From the NCBI GenBank assembly GCA_964016885.1, contig OZ024745.1:82088001-82152000 (forward strand): a stretch of DNA of 64,000 nucleotides. Reading direction: 5' to 3'. The position numbers and the translations under genes are program-made. Numbering within the stretch: position 1 is the stretch's first letter; each line of letters begins with the position of its first letter. Below the pieces are notes generated by a model. It searched no databases. It was not told where the DNA came from and was given only the letters and a program-made list of their open reading frames with translations. Shown piece after piece: positions 42,801-60,800 of this stretch. The stretch comes from Eledone cirrhosa. Taxonomy: Eukaryota.

Positions 42801-45800
42801 CTCACACCAAATTGATAACATATTCTCACAAAATTAATAATTCACTCACACCAAATTGATAACATATTCCCACAAAATTTATAATTCACTCACACCAAAT
42901 TGATAACATATTCCCACAAAATTGATTATTCACTCATAGCAATTTGATAACATATTCCCACAAAATTAATAATTCACTCACACGAAATTGATAACTTATT
43001 CCCAGAAAATAAATAATCCACTCACACCAAATTGATAACATATTCCCACAAAATTGATAATTCACTCACACCAAATTGAGAACTTATTCCCATAAAATTA
43101 ATAATTCACACACACCAAATTGATAGCATATTCCCACAAAATTAATAATCGACTCACAGCAAATTGATAACATATTCCCACAAAATTAATAATCCACTCA
43201 AACCAAATTGATAACGTATTCCCACAAAATTAATAATCCACTCACACCAAATTGATAACATATTCCCACAAAATTTATAATTCACTCACACCAAATTGAT
43301 AACATATTCCCACAAAATCAATAATTCACTCACACCAAATTGATAACATATTCCCACAAAATTGATTATTCACTCATAGCAATTTGATAACATATTCCCA
43401 CAAAATTAATAATTCCCTCACACGAAATTGATAACATATCCCCACAAAATTAATAATCCACTCACACCAAATTGATAACGTATTCCCAGAATATTAATAA
43501 TCCACTCACACCAAATTCATAACTTATTCCCACAAAATTGATAATTCAGTCACACGAAATTGATAACATATTCCCACAAAATTGATAATTCACTCGCACC
43601 AAATTGATAACATATTCCCACAAAATTAATAATTCACTCATACCAAATTGATAACATATTCCCACAAAATTGATTATTCACTCTTACCAAATTGATAACA
43701 CATTCCCATTAAACTGATAATTCACTCGCACTAAATTGATAACATATTCCCACAAAATTGATAATGCTCTCACACCAAATTGATAACATATTCCCACAAA
43801 ATTAATAATTCACTCACACCAAATTGATAACTTATTCCCACAAAATTGATAATTCACACACACCAAATTGATAGCATATTCCCACAAAATTAATAATCGA
43901 CTCACAGCAAATTGATAACATATTCCCACAAAATTAATAATCCACTCAAACCAAATTGATAACGTATTCCCACAAAATTGATAATTCACTCACACCAAAC
44001 TGATAAAATATTCCCACAAAATTAATAATCGACTCACAGCAAATTGATAACATATCCCCACAAAATTAATAATCCACTCACACCAAATTGATAACGTATT
44101 CCCACAAAATTAATAATCCACTCACACCAAATTGATAACATATTCCCACAAAATTGATAATTCACTCACACCAAATTGATAACGTATTCCCACAAAATTA
44201 ATAATCCACTCACACCAAATTGATAACATATTCCCACAAAATTGATAATTCACTCACACCAAGTTGATAACATATTCCCACAAAATTAATAATTCACTCA
44301 CACCAAATTGATAACATATTCCCACAAAATTGATTATTCACTCATACCAATTTGATAACATATTCCCACAAAATTAATAATTCACTCACACCAAATTGAT
44401 AACATATTCCCATAAAATTTATAATTCACTCGCACCAAATTGATATCGTATTCCCACAAAATTAATAATTAACGCACACCAAGTTGATAACATATTCCCA
44501 CAAAATTAATAATCCACTCACACCAAATTGATAACATATTCCCACAAAATTAATAATCCACTCACAGCAAATTGATAACATATTCCCATAAAATTAATAA
44601 TTCACTCACACCAAATTGATAACATATTCCCAAAAAATTAATAATCCACTCACACCAAATTGATAACATATTACCACAAAATTAATAATCCTCTCACACC
44701 AAATTGATAACGTATTCTCAGAATATTAATAAACCACTCACACCAAATTGATAACTTATTCCCACAAAATTGATAATTCACTCACACGAAATTGATAACA
44801 TATTCCCACAAAATTGATAATTCACTCATACGAAATTGATAACACATTCCCATTAAACTGATAATTCACTCGCACTAAATTGATAACATATTCCCACAAA
44901 ATTGATAATGCTCTCACACCAAATTGATAACATATTCCCACAAAATTAATAATTCACTCACACCAAATTGATAACTTATTCCCACAAAATTGATAATTCA
45001 CACACACCAAATTGATAGCATATTCCCACAAAATTAATAATCGACTCACAGCAAATTGATAACATATTCCCACAAAATTAATAATCCACTCAAACCAAAT
45101 TGATAACGTATTCCCACAAAATTAATAATCCACTCACACCAAATTGATAACATATTCCCACAAAATTTATAATTCACTCACACCAAATTGATAACATATT
45201 CCCAGAAAATTAATAATTCACTCACACCAAATTGATAACATATTCCCACAAAATTGATTATTCACTCATAGCAATTTGATATCATATTCCCACAAAATTA
45301 ATAATTCACTCACACCAAATTGATAACATATCCCCACAAAATTAATAATCCACTCACACCCAATTGATAACTTATTCCCAGAAAATTAATAATCCACTCA
45401 CACCAAATTGATAACTTATTCCCATAAAATTAATAATTCACTCACACCAAATTGACAACATATTCCCACAAAATTAATAATCCACTCACACCAAATTGAT
45501 AACATATTACCACAAAATTAATAATCCTCTCACACCAAATTGATAACGTATTCCCAGAATATTAATAATCCACTCACACAAAATTCATAACTTATGCCCA
45601 CAAAATTGATAATTCACTCACACGAAATTGATAACATATTCCCACAAAATTGATAATTCACTCGCACCAAATTGATAACATATTCCCACAAAATTAATAA
45701 TTCACTCATACCAAATTGATAACATATTCCCACAAAATTAATAATTCACTCTTACCAAATTGATAACTTATTCCCACAAAATTGATAATTCACTCACACC

Positions 45801-48800
45801 AAATTGATAACGTATTCTCAGAATATTAATAAACCACTCACACCAAATTGATAACTTATTCCACAAAATTGATAATTCACTCACACGAAATTTATAACAT
45901 ATTCCCACAAAATTGATAGTTCACTCATACGAAATTGATAACACATTCCCATTAAACTGATAATTCACTCGCACTAAATTGATAACATATTCCCACAAAA
46001 TTGATAATGCTCTCACACCAAATTGATAACATATTCCCACAAAATTAATAATTCACTCACACCAAATTGATAACTTATTCCCACAAAATTGATAATTCAC
46101 ACACACCAAATTGATAGCATATTCCCACAAAATTAATAATCGACTCACAGCAAATTGATAACATATCCCCACAAAATTGATAATTCACTCACACCAAATT
46201 GATAACATATTCCCACAAAATTAATAATTCACTCACACCAAATTGATAACATATTCCCACAAAATTGATTATTCACTCATAGCAAGTTGATAACATATTC
46301 CCACAAAATTAATAATCCACTCACACCAAATTGATAACATATTCCCACAACATTAATAATTCACTCACACCAAATTGATAACATATTTCCACAAAATTGA
46401 TAATTCACTCGCACCAAATTGATAACATATTCCCACAAAATTAATAATCGACTCACAGCAAATTGATAACATATTCCCACAAAATTAATAATTCACTCAC
46501 ACCAAATTGATAACATATTCCCATTAAACTGATAATTCACTCACACGAAATTGATAACATATTCTCACAAAATTAATAATCCACTCACACCAAATTGATA
46601 ACGTATTCGCACAAAATTAATAATTAACGCACACCAAATTGATAAAATATTCCCACAAAATTAATAATCCACTCACACCAAATTGATAACATATTCCCAC
46701 AAAATTAATAATCCACTCACACCAAATTGATAACATATTCCCACAAAATTAATAATCCACTCACACCAAATTGATAACGTATTCTCACAAAATTGATAAT
46801 TCACTCACACGAAATTGATAACATATTACCACAAAATTGATAATTCACTCACACCAAATTGATAACATATTCCCACAAAATTGATTATTCACTCATACCA
46901 ATTTGATAACATATTCCCACAAAATTAATAATTCACTCACACCAAATTCATAACATATTCCCATAAAATTTATAATTCACTCGCACCAAATTGATAACGT
47001 ATTCCCACAAAATTAATAATTAACGCACACCAAGTTGATAACATATTCCCACAAAATTAATAATCCACTCACACCAAATTGATAACATATTCCCACAAAA
47101 TTAATAGTCCACTCCCACCAAATTGATAACATATTCCCATTAAACTGATAATTCAATCACACACAATTGATAACTGATTTCCACAAAATTAATAATTCAC
47201 TCACACGAAATTGATAACATATTCTCACAAAATTAATAATCCACTCACATCAAATTGATTACATATTCCCACAAAATTAATAATCCACTCACACCCAATT
47301 GATAACTTATTCCCAGAAAATAAATAATCCACTCACACCAAATTGATAACATATTCCCACAAAATTGATAATTCACTCACACCAAATTGAGAACTTATTC
47401 CCATAAAATTAATAATTCACTCACACCAAATTGATAACATATTCCCACAAAATTAATAATCCACTCACACCAAATTGATAACATATTACCACAAAATTAA
47501 TAATCTTCTCACACCAAATTGATAACGTATTCTCAGAATATTAATAAACCACTCACACCAAATTGATAACTTATTCCCACAAAATTGATAATTCACTCAC
47601 ACGAAATTGATAACATATTCCCACAAAATTGATAATTCACTCATACGAAATTGATAACAGATTCCCATTAAACTGATAATTCACTCGCACTAAATTGATA
47701 ACATATTCCCACAAAATTGATAATACTCTCACACCAAATTGATAACATATTCTCACAAAATTAATAATTCACTCACACCAAATTGATAACATATTCCCAC
47801 AAAATTTATAATTCACTCACACCAAATTGATAACATATTCCCACAAAATTGATTATTCACTCATAGCAATTTGATAACATATTCCCACAAAATTAATAAT
47901 TCACTCACACGAAATTGATAACTTATTCCCAGAAAATAAATAATCCACTCACACCAAATTGATAACATATTCCCACAAAATTGATAATTCACTCACACCA
48001 AATTGAGAACTTATTCCCATAAAATTAATAATTCACACACACCAAATTGATAGCATATTCCCACAAAATTAATAATCGACTCACAGCAAATTGATAACAT
48101 ATTCCCACAAAATTAATAATCCACTCAAACCAAATTGATAACGTATTCCCACAAAATTAATAATCCACTGACACCAAATTGATAACATATTCCCACAAAA
48201 TTTATAATTCACTCACACCAAATTGATAACATATTCCCACAAAATCAATAATTCACTCACACCAAATTTATAACATATTCCCACAAAATTGATAGTTCAC
48301 TCATACGAAATTGATAACACATTCCCATTAAACTGATAATTCACTCGCACTAAATTGATAACATATTCCCACAAAATTGATAATGCTCTCACACCAAATT
48401 GATAACATATTCCCACAAAATTAATAATTCACTCACACGAAATTGATAACATATCCCCACAAAATTAATAATCCACTCACACCAAATTGATAACGTATTC
48501 CCAGAATATTAATAATCCACTCACACCAAATTGATAACATATTCCCAGAAAATTAATAATTCACTCACACCAAATTGATAACATATTCCCACAAAATTGA
48601 TTATTCACTCATAGCAATTTGATATCATATTCCCACAAAATTAATAATTCACTCACACCAAATTGATAACATATCCCCACAAAATTAATAATCCACTCAC
48701 ACCCAATTGATAACTTATTCCCAGAAAATTAATAATCCACTCACACCAAATTGATAACTTATTCCCATAAAATTAATAATTCACTCACACCAAATTGACA

Positions 48801-51800
48801 ACATATTCCCACAAAATTAATAATCCACTCACACCAAATTGATAACATATTACCACAAAATTAATAATCCTCTCACACCAAATTGATAACGTATTCCCAG
48901 AATATTAATAATCCACTCACACAAAATTCATAACTTATGCCCACAAAATTGATAATTCACTCACACGAAATTGATAACATATTCCCACAAAATTGATAAT
49001 TCACTCGCACCAAATTGATAACATATTCCCACAAAATTAATAATTCACTCATACCAAATTGATAACATATTCCCACAAAATTAATAATTCACTCTTACCA
49101 AATTGATAACTTATTCCCACAAAATTGATAATTCACTCACACCAAATTGATAACGTATTCTCAGAATATTAATAAACCACTCACACCAAATTGATAACTT
49201 ATTCCCACAAAATTGATAATTCACTCACACGAAATTTATAACATATTCCCACAAAATTGATAGTTCACTCATACGAAATTGATAACACATTCCCATTAAA
49301 CTGATAATTCACTCGCACTAAATTGATAACATATTCCCACAAAATTGATAATGCTCTCACACCAAATTGATAACATATTCCCACAAAATTAATAATTCAC
49401 TCACACCAAATTGATAACTTATTCCCACAAAATTGATAATTCACACACACCAAATTGATAGCATATTCCCACAAAATTAATAATCGACTCACAGCAAATT
49501 GATAACATATCCCCACAAAATTGATAATTCACTCACACCAAATTGATAACATATTCCCACAAAATTAATAATTCACTCACACCAAATTGATAACATATTC
49601 CCACAAAATTGATTATTCACTCATAGCAAGTTGATAACATATTCCCACAAAATTAATAATCCACTCACACCAAATTGATAACATATTCCCACAACATTAA
49701 TAATTCACTCACACCAAATTGATAACATATTTCCACAAAATTGATAATTCACTCGCACCAAATTGATAACATATTCCCACAAAATTAATAATCGACTCAC
49801 AGCAAATTGATAACATATTCCCACAAAATTAATAATTCACTCACACCAAATTGATAACATATTCCCATTAAACTGATAATTCACTCACACGAAATTGATA
49901 ACATATTCTCACAAAATTAATAATCCACTCACACCAAATTGATAACGTATTCGCACAAAATTAATAATTAACGCACACCAAATTGATAAAATATTCCCAC
50001 AAAATTAATAATCCACTCACACCAAATTGATAACATATTCCCACAAAATTAATAATCCACTCACACCAAATTGATAACATATTCCCACAAAATTAATAAT
50101 CCACTCACACCAAATTGATAACGTATTCTCACAAAATTGATAATTCACTCACACGAAATTGATAACATATTACCACAAAATTGATAATTCACTCACACCA
50201 AATTGATAACATATTCCCACAAAATTGATTATTCACTCATACCAATTTGATAACATATTCCCACAAAATTAATAATTCACTCACACCAAATTCATAACAT
50301 ATTCCCATAAAATTTATAATTCACTCGCACCAAATTGATAACGTATTCCCACAAAATTAATAATTAACGCACACCAAGTTGATAACATATTCCCACAAAA
50401 TTAATAATCCACTCACACCAAATTGATAACATATTCCCACAAAATTAATAGTCCACTCCCACCAAATTGATAACATATTCCCATTAAACTGATAATTCAA
50501 TCACACACAATTGATAACTGATTTCCACAAAATTAATAATTCACTCACACGAAATTGATAACATATTCTCACAAAATTAATAATCCACTCACATCAAATT
50601 GATTACATATTCCCACAAAATTAATAATCCACTCACACCCAATTGATAACTTATTCCCAGAAAATAAATAATCCACTCACACCAAATTGATAACATATTC
50701 CCACAAAATTGATAATTCACTCACACCAAATTGAGAACTTATTCCCATAAAATTAATAATTCACTCACACCAAATTGATAACATATTCCCACAAAATTAA
50801 TAATCCACTCACACCAAATTGATAACATATTACCACAAAATTAATAATCTTCTCACACCAAATTGATAACGTATTCTCAGAATATTAATAAACCACTCAC
50901 ACCAAATTGATAACTTATTCCCACAAAATTGATAATTCACTCACACGAAATTGATAACATATTCCCACAAAATTGATAATTCACTCATACGAAATTGATA
51001 ACAGATTCCCATTAAACTGATAATTCACTCGCACTAAATTGATAACATATTCCCACAAAATTGATAATACTCTCACACCAAATTGATAACATATTCTCAC
51101 AAAATTAATAATTCACTCACACCAAATTGATAACATATTCCCACAAAATTTATAATTCACTCACACCAAATTGATAACATATTCCCACAAAATTGATTAT
51201 TCACTCATAGCAATTTGATAACATATTCCCACAAAATTAATAATTCACTCACACGAAATTGATAACTTATTCCCAGAAAATAAATAATCCACTCACACCA
51301 AATTGATAACATATTCCCACAAAATTGATAATTCACTCACACCAAATTGAGAATTTATTCCCATAAAATTAATAATTCACACACACCAAATTGATAGCAT
51401 ATTCCCACAAAATTAATAATCGACTCACAGCAAATTGATAACATATTCCCACAAAATTAATAATCCACTCAAACCAAATTGATAACGTATTCCCACAAAA
51501 TTAATAATCCACTGACACCAAATTGATAACATATTCCCACAAAATTTATAATTCACTCACACCAAATTGATAACATATTCCCACAAAATCAATAATTCAC
51601 TCACACCAAATTGATAACATATTCCCACAAAATTGATTATTCACTCATAGCAATTTGATAACATATTCCCACAAAATTAATAATTCACTCACACGAAATT
51701 GATAACATATCCCCACAAAATTAATAATCCACTCACACCAAATTGATAACGTATTCCCAGAATATTAATAATCCACTCACACCAAATTCATAACTTATTC

Positions 51801-54800
51801 CCACAAAATTGATAATTCAGTCACACGAAATTGATAACATATTCCCACAAAATTGATAATTCACTCGCACCAAATTGATAACATATTCCCACAAAATTAA
51901 TAATTCACTCATACCAAATTGATAACATATTCCCACAAAATTGATTATTCACTCTTACCAAATTGATAACACATTCCCATTAAACTGATAATTCACTCGC
52001 ACTAAATTGATAACATATTCCCACAAAATTGATAATGCTCTCACACCAAATTGATAACATATTCCCACAAAATTAATAATTCACTCACACCAAATTGATA
52101 ACTTATTCCCACAAAATTGATAATTCACACACACCAAATTGATAGCATATTCCCACAAAATTAATAATCGACTCACAGCAAATTGATAACATATTCCCAC
52201 AAAATTAATAATCCACTCAAACCAAATTGATAACGTATTCCCACAAAATTGATAATTCACTCACACCAAACTGATAAAATATTCCCACAAAATTAATAAT
52301 CGACTCACAGCAAATTGATAACATATCCCCACAAAATTAATAATCCACTCACACCAAATTGATAACGTATTCCCACAAAATTAAAAATCCACTCACACCA
52401 AATTGATAACATATTCCCACAAAATTGATAATTCACTCACACCAAATTGATAACGTATTCCCACAAAATTAATAATTCACTCACACCAAATTGATAACAT
52501 ATTCCCACAAAATTGATAATTCACTCACACCAAGTTGATAACATATTCCCACAAAATTAATAATTCACTCACACCAAATTGATAACATATTCCCACAAAA
52601 TTGATTATTCACTCATACCAATTTGATAACATATTCCCACAAAATTAATAATTCACTCACACCAAATTGATAACATATCCCCACAAAATTAATAATCCAC
52701 TCACACCAAATTGATAACGTATTCCCAGAATATTAATAATCCACTCACACCAAATTGATAACATATTCCCAGAAAATTAATAATTCACTCACACCAAATT
52801 GATAACATATTCCCACAAAATTGATTATTCACTCATAGCAATTTGATATCATATTCCCACAAAATTAATAATTCACTCACACCAAATTGATAACATATCC
52901 CCACAAAATTAATAATCCACTCACACCCAATTGATAACTTATTCCCAGAAAATTAATAATCCACTCACACCAAATTGATAACTTATTCCCATAAAATTAA
53001 TAATTCACTCACACCAAATTGACAACATATTCCCACAAAATTAATAATCCACTCACACCAAATTGATAACATATTACCACAAAATTAATAATCCTCTCAC
53101 ACCAAATTGATAACGTATTCCCAGAATATTAATAATCCACTCACACAAAATTCATAACTTATGCCCACAAAATTGATAATTCACTCACACGAAATTGATA
53201 ACATATTCCCACAAAATTGATAATTCACTCGCACCAAATTGATAACATATTCCCACAAAATTAATAATTCACTCATACCAAATTGATAACATATTCCCAC
53301 AAAATTAATAATTCACTCTTACCAAATTGATAACTTATTCCCACAAAATTGATAATTCACTCACACCAAATTGATAACGTATTCTCAGAATATTAATAAA
53401 CCACTCACACCAAATTGATAACTTATTCCCACAAAATTGATAATTCACTCACACGAAATTTATAACATATTCCCACAAAATTGATAGTTCACTCATACGA
53501 AATTGATAACACATTCCCATTAAACTGATAATTCACTCGCACTAAATTGATAACATATTCCCACAAAATTGATAATGCTCTCACACCAAATTGATAACAT
53601 ATTCCCACAAAATTAATAATTCACTCACACCAAATTGATAACTTATTCCCACAAAATTGATAATTCACACACACCAAATTGATAGCATATTCCCACAAAA
53701 TTAATAATCGACTCACAGCAAATTGATAACATATCCCCACAAAATTGATAATTCACTCACACCAAATTGATAACATATTCCCACAAAATTAATAATTCAC
53801 TCACACCAAATTGATAACATATTCCCACAAAATTGATTATTCACTCATAGCAAGTTGATAACATATTCCCACAAAATTAATAATCCACTCACACCAAATT
53901 GATAACATATTCCCACAACATTAATAATTCACTCACACCAAATTGATAACATATTTCCACAAAATTGATAATTCACTCGCACCAAATTGATAACATATTC
54001 CCACAAAATTAATAATCGACTCACAGCAAATTGATAACATATTCCCACAAAATTAATAATTCACTCACACCAAATTGATAACATATTCCCATTAAACTGA
54101 TAATTCACTCACACGAAATTGATAACATATTCTCACAAAATTAATAATCCACTCACACCAAATTGATAACGTATTCGCACAAAATTAATAATTAACGCAC
54201 ACCAAATTGATAAAATATTCCCACAAAATTAATAATCCACTCACACCAAATTGATAACATATTCCCACAAAATTAATAATCCACTCACACCAAATTGATA
54301 ACATATTCCCACAAAATTAATAATCCACTCACACCAAATTGATAACGTATTCTCACAAAATTGATAATTCACTCACACGAAATTGATAACATATTACCAC
54401 AAAATTGATAATTCACTCACACCAAATTGATAACATATTCCCACAAAATTGATTATTCACTCATACCAATTTGATAACATATTCCCACAAAATTAATAAT
54501 TCACTCACACCAAATTCATAACATATTCCCATAAAATTTATAATTCACTCGCACCAAATTGATAACGTATTCCCACAAAATTAATAATTAACGCACACCA
54601 AGTTGATAACATATTCCCACAAAATTAATAATCCACTCACACCAAATTGATAACATATTCCCACAAAATTAATAGTCCACTCCCACCAAATTGATAACAT
54701 ATTCCCATTAAACTGATAATTCAATCACACACAATTGATAACTGATTTCCACAAAATTAATAATTCACTCACACGAAATTGATAACATATTCTCACAAAA

Positions 54801-57800
54801 TTAATAATCCACTCACATCAAATTGATTACATATTCCCACAAAATTAATAATCCACTCACACCCAATTGATAACTTATTCCCAGAAAATAAATAATCCAC
54901 TCACACCAAATTGATAACATATTCCCACAAAATTGATAATTCACTCACACCAAATTGAGAACTTATTCCCATAAAATTAATAATTCACTCACACCAAATT
55001 GATAACATATTCCCACAAAATTAATAATCCACTCACACCAAATTGATAACATATTACCACAAAATTAATAATCTTCTCACACCAAATTGATAACGTATTC
55101 TCAGAATATTAATAAACCACTCACACCAAATTGATAACTTATTCCCACAAAATTGATAATTCACTCACACGAAATTGATAACATATTCCCACAAAATTGA
55201 TAATTCACTCATACGAAATTGATAACAGATTCCCATTAAACTGATAATTCACTCGCACTAAATTGATAACATATTCCCACAAAATTGATAATACTCTCAC
55301 ACCAAATTGATAACATATTCTCACAAAATTAATAATTCACTCACACCAAATTGATAACATATTCCCACAAAATTTATAATTCACTCACACCAAATTGATA
55401 ACATATTCCCACAAAATTGATTATTCACTCATAGCAATTTGATAACATATTCCCACAAAATTAATAATTCACTCACACGAAATTGATAACTTATTCCCAG
55501 AAAATAAATAATCCACTCACACCAAATTGATAACATATTCCCACAAAATTGATAATTCACTCACACCAAATTGAGAACTTATTCCCATAAAATTAATAAT
55601 TCACACACACCAAATTGATAGCATATTCCCACAAAATTAATAATCGACTCACAGCAAATTGATAACATATTCCCACAAAATTAATAATCCACTCAAACCA
55701 AATTGATAACGTATTCCCACAAAATTAATAATCCACTGACACCAAATTGATAACATATTCCCACAAAATTTATAATTCACTCACACCAAATTGATAACAT
55801 ATTCCCACAAAATCAATAATTCACTCACACCAAATTGATAACATATTCCCACAAAATTGATTATTCACTCATAGCAATTTGATAACATATTCCCACAAAA
55901 TTAATAATTCACTCACACGAAATTGATAACATATCCCCACAAAATTAATAATCCACTCACACCAAATTGATAACGTATTCCCAGAATATTAATAATCCAC
56001 TCACACCAAATTCATAACTTATTCCCACAAAATTGATAATTCAGTCACACGAAATTGATAACATATTCCCACAAAATTGATAATTCACTCGCACCAAATT
56101 GATAACATATTCCCACAAAATTAATAATTCACTCATACCAAATTGATAACATATTCCCACAAAATTGATTATTCACTCTTACCAAATTGATAACACATTC
56201 CCATTAAACTGATAATTCACTCGCACTAAATTGATAACATATTCCCACAAAATTGATAATGCTCTCACACCAAATTGATAACATATTCCCACAAAATTAA
56301 TAATTCACTCACACCAAATTGATAACTTATTCCCACAAAATTGATAATTCACACACACCAAATTGATAGCATATTCCCACAAAATTAATAATCGACTCAC
56401 AGCAAATTGATAACATATTCCCACAAAATTAATAATCCACTCAAACCAAATTGATAACGTATTCCCACAAAATTGATAATTCACTCACACCAAACTGATA
56501 AAATATTCCCACAAAATTAATAATCGACTCACAGCAAATTGATAACATATCCCCACAAAATTAATAATCCACTCACACCAAATTGATAACGTATTCCCAC
56601 AAAATTAAAAATCCACTCACACCAAATTGATAACATATTCCCACAAAATTGATAATTCACTCACACCAAATTGATAACGTATTCCCACAAAATTAATAAT
56701 CCACTCACACCAAATTGATAACATATTCCCACAAAATTGATAATTCACTCACACCAAGTTGATAACATATTCCCACAAAATTAATAATTCACTCACACCA
56801 AATTGATAACATATTCCCACAAAATTGATTATTCACTCATACCAATTTGATAACATATTCCCACAAAATTAATAATTCACTCACACCAAATTGATAACAT
56901 ATTCCCATAAAATATATAATTCACTCGCACCAAATTGATAACGTATTCCCACAAAATTAATAATTAACGCACACCAAATTGATAACATATTCCCATAAAA
57001 TTTATAATTCACTCGCACCAAATTGATATCGTATTCCCACAAAATTAATAATTAACGCACACCAAGTTGATAACATATTCCCACAAAATTAATAATCCAC
57101 TCACACCAAATTGATAACATATTCCCACAAAATTAATAATCCACTCACAGCAAATTGATAACATATTCCCATAAAATTAATAATTCACTCACACCAAATT
57201 GATAACATATTCCCAAAAAATTAATAATCCACTCACACCAAATTGATAACATATTACCACAAAATTAATAATCCTCTCACACCAAATTGATAACGTATTC
57301 TCAGAATATTAATAAACCACTCACACCAAATTGATAACTTATTCCCACAAAATTGATAATTCACTCACACGAAATTGATAACATATTCCCACAAAATTGA
57401 TAATTCACTCATACGAAATTGATAACACATTCCCATTAAACTGATAATTCACTCGCACTAAATTGATAACATATTCCCACAAAATTGATAATGCTCTCAC
57501 ACCAAATTGATAACATATTCCCACAAAATTAATAATTCACTCACACCAAATTGATAACTTATTCCCACAAAATTGATAATTCACACACACCAAATTGATA
57601 GCATATTCCCACAAAATTAATAATCGACTCACAGCAAATTGATAACATATTCCCACAAAATTAATAATCCACTCAAACCAAATTGATAACGTATTCCCAC
57701 AAAATTAATAATCCACTCACACCAAATTGATAACATATTCCCACAAAATTTATAATTCACTCACACCAAATTGATAACATATTCCCAGAAAATTAATAAT

Positions 57801-60800
57801 TCACTCACACCAAATTGATAACATATTCCCACAAAATTGATTATTCACTCATAGCAATTTCATATCATATTCCCACAAAATTAATAATTCACTCACACCA
57901 AATTGATAACATATCCCCACAAAATTAATAATCCACTCACACCCAATTGATAACTTATTCCCAGAAAATTAATAATCCACTCACACCAAATTGATAACTT
58001 ATTCCCATAAAATTAATAATTCACTCACACCAAATTGACAACATATTCCCACAAAATTAATAATCCACTCACACCAAATTGATAACATATTACCACAAAA
58101 TTAATAATCCTCTCACACCAAATTGATAACGTATTCCCAGAATATTAATAATCCACTCACACAAAATTCATAACTTATTCCCACAAAATTGATAATTCAC
58201 TCACACGAAATTGATAACATATTCCCACAAAATTGATAATTCACTCGCACCAAATTGATAACACATTCCCACAAAATTAATAATTCACTCATACCAAATT
58301 GATAACATATTCCCACAAAATTAATAATTCACTCTTACCAAATTGATAACTTATTCCCACAAAATTGATAATTCACTCACACCAAATTGATAACGTATTC
58401 TCAGAATATTAATAAACCACTCACACCAAATTGATAACTTATTCCCACAAAATTGATAATTCACTCACACGAAATTTATAACATATTCCCACAAAATTGA
58501 TAGTTCACTCATACGAAATTGATAACACATTCCCATTAAACTGATAATTCACTCGCACTAAATTGATAACATATTCCCACAAAATTGATAATGCTCTCAC
58601 ACCAAATTGATAACATATTCCCACAAAATTAATAATTCACTCACACCAAATTGATAACTTATTCCCACAAAATTGATAATTCACACACACCAAATTGATA
58701 GCATATTCCCACAAAATTAATAATCGACTCACAGCAAATTGATAACATATCCCCACAAAATTGATAATTCACTCACACCAAATTGATAACATATTCCCAC
58801 AAAATTAATAATTCACTCACACCAAATTGATAACATATTCCCACAAAATTGATTATTCACTCATAGCAAGTTGATAACATATTCCCACAAAATTAATAAT
58901 CCACTCACACCAAATTGATAACATATTCCCACAACATTAATAATTCACTCACACCAAATTGATAACATATTTCTACAAAATTGATAATTCACTCGCACCA
59001 AATTGATAACATATTCCCACAAAATTAATAATCGACTCACAGCAAATTGATAACATATTCCCACAAAATTAATAATTCACTCACACCAAATTGATAACAT
59101 ATTCCCATTAAACTGATAATTCACTCACACGAAATTGATAACATATTCTCACAAAATTAATAATCCACTCACACCAAATTGATAACGTATTCGCACAAAA
59201 TTAATAATTAACGCACACCAAATTGATAAAATATTCCCACAAAATTAATAATCCACTCACACCAAATTGATAACATATTCCCACAAAATTAATAATCCAC
59301 TCACACCAAATTGATAACATATTCCCACAAAATTAATAATCCACTCACACCAAATTGATAACGTATTCTCACAAAATTGATAATTAACTCACACGAAATT
59401 GATAACATATTACCACAAAATTGATAATTCACTCACACCAAATTGATAACATATTCCCACAAAATTGATTATTCACTCATACCAATATGATAACATATTC
59501 CCACAAAATTAATAATTCACTCACACCAAATTGATAACATATTCCCATAAAATTTATAATTCACTCGCACCAAATTGATAACGTATTCCCACAAAATTAA
59601 TAATTAACGCACACCAAGTTGATAACATATTCCCACAAAATTAATAATCCACTCACACCAAATTGATAACATATTCCCACAAAATTAATAGTCCACTCTC
59701 ACCAAATTGATAACATATTCCCATTAAACTGATAATTCAATCACACACAATTGATAACTGATTTCCACAAAATTAATAATTCACTCACACGAAATTGATA
59801 ACATATTCTCACAAAATTAATAATCCACTCACATCAAATTGATTACATATTCCCACAAAATTAATAATCCACTCACACCCAATTGATAACTTATTCCCAG
59901 AAAATAAATAATCCACTCACACCAAATTGATAACATATTCCCACAAAATTGATAATTCACTCACACCAAATTGAGAACTTATTCCCATAAAATTAATAAT
60001 TCACTCACACCAAATTGATAACATATTCCCACAAAATTAATAATCCACTCACACCAAATTGATAACATATTACCACAAAATTAATAATCTTCTCACACCA
60101 AATTGATAACGTATTCTCAGAATATTAATAAACCACTCACACCAAATTGATAACTTATTCCCACAAAATTGATAATTCACTCACACGAAATTGATAACAA
60201 ATTCCCACAAAATTGATAATTCACTCATACGAAATTGATAACAGATTCCCATTAAACTGATAATTCACTCGCACTAAATTGATAACATATTCCCACAAAA
60301 TTGATAATACTCTCACATCAAATTGATAACATATTCTCACAAAATTAATAATTCACTCACACCAAATTGATAACATATTCCCACAAAATTTATAATTCAC
60401 TCACACCAAATTGATAACATATTCCCACAAAATTGATTATTCACTCATAGCAATTTGATAACATATTCCCACAAAATTAATAATTCACTCACACGAAATT
60501 GATAACTTATTCCCAGAAAATAAATAATCCACTCACACCAAATTGATAACATATTCCCACAAAATTGATAATTCACTCACACCAAATTGAGAACTTATTC
60601 CCATAAAATTAATAATTCACACACACCAAATTGATAGCATATTCCCACAAAATTAATAATCGACTCACAGCAAATTGATAACATATTCCCACAAAATTAA
60701 TAATCCACTCAAACCAAATTGATAACGTATTCCCACAAAATTAATAATCCACTCACACCAAATTGATAACATATTCCCACAAAATCAATAATTCACTCAC

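Noticed and set aside
33410-59193. All six HOR spacings are even multiples of 44, suggesting an 88-bp register
   Set aside because: Small, non-independent sample. A single-monomer deletion occurs at ~60780, and odd offsets (25, 105, 5 monomers) are seen elsewhere.
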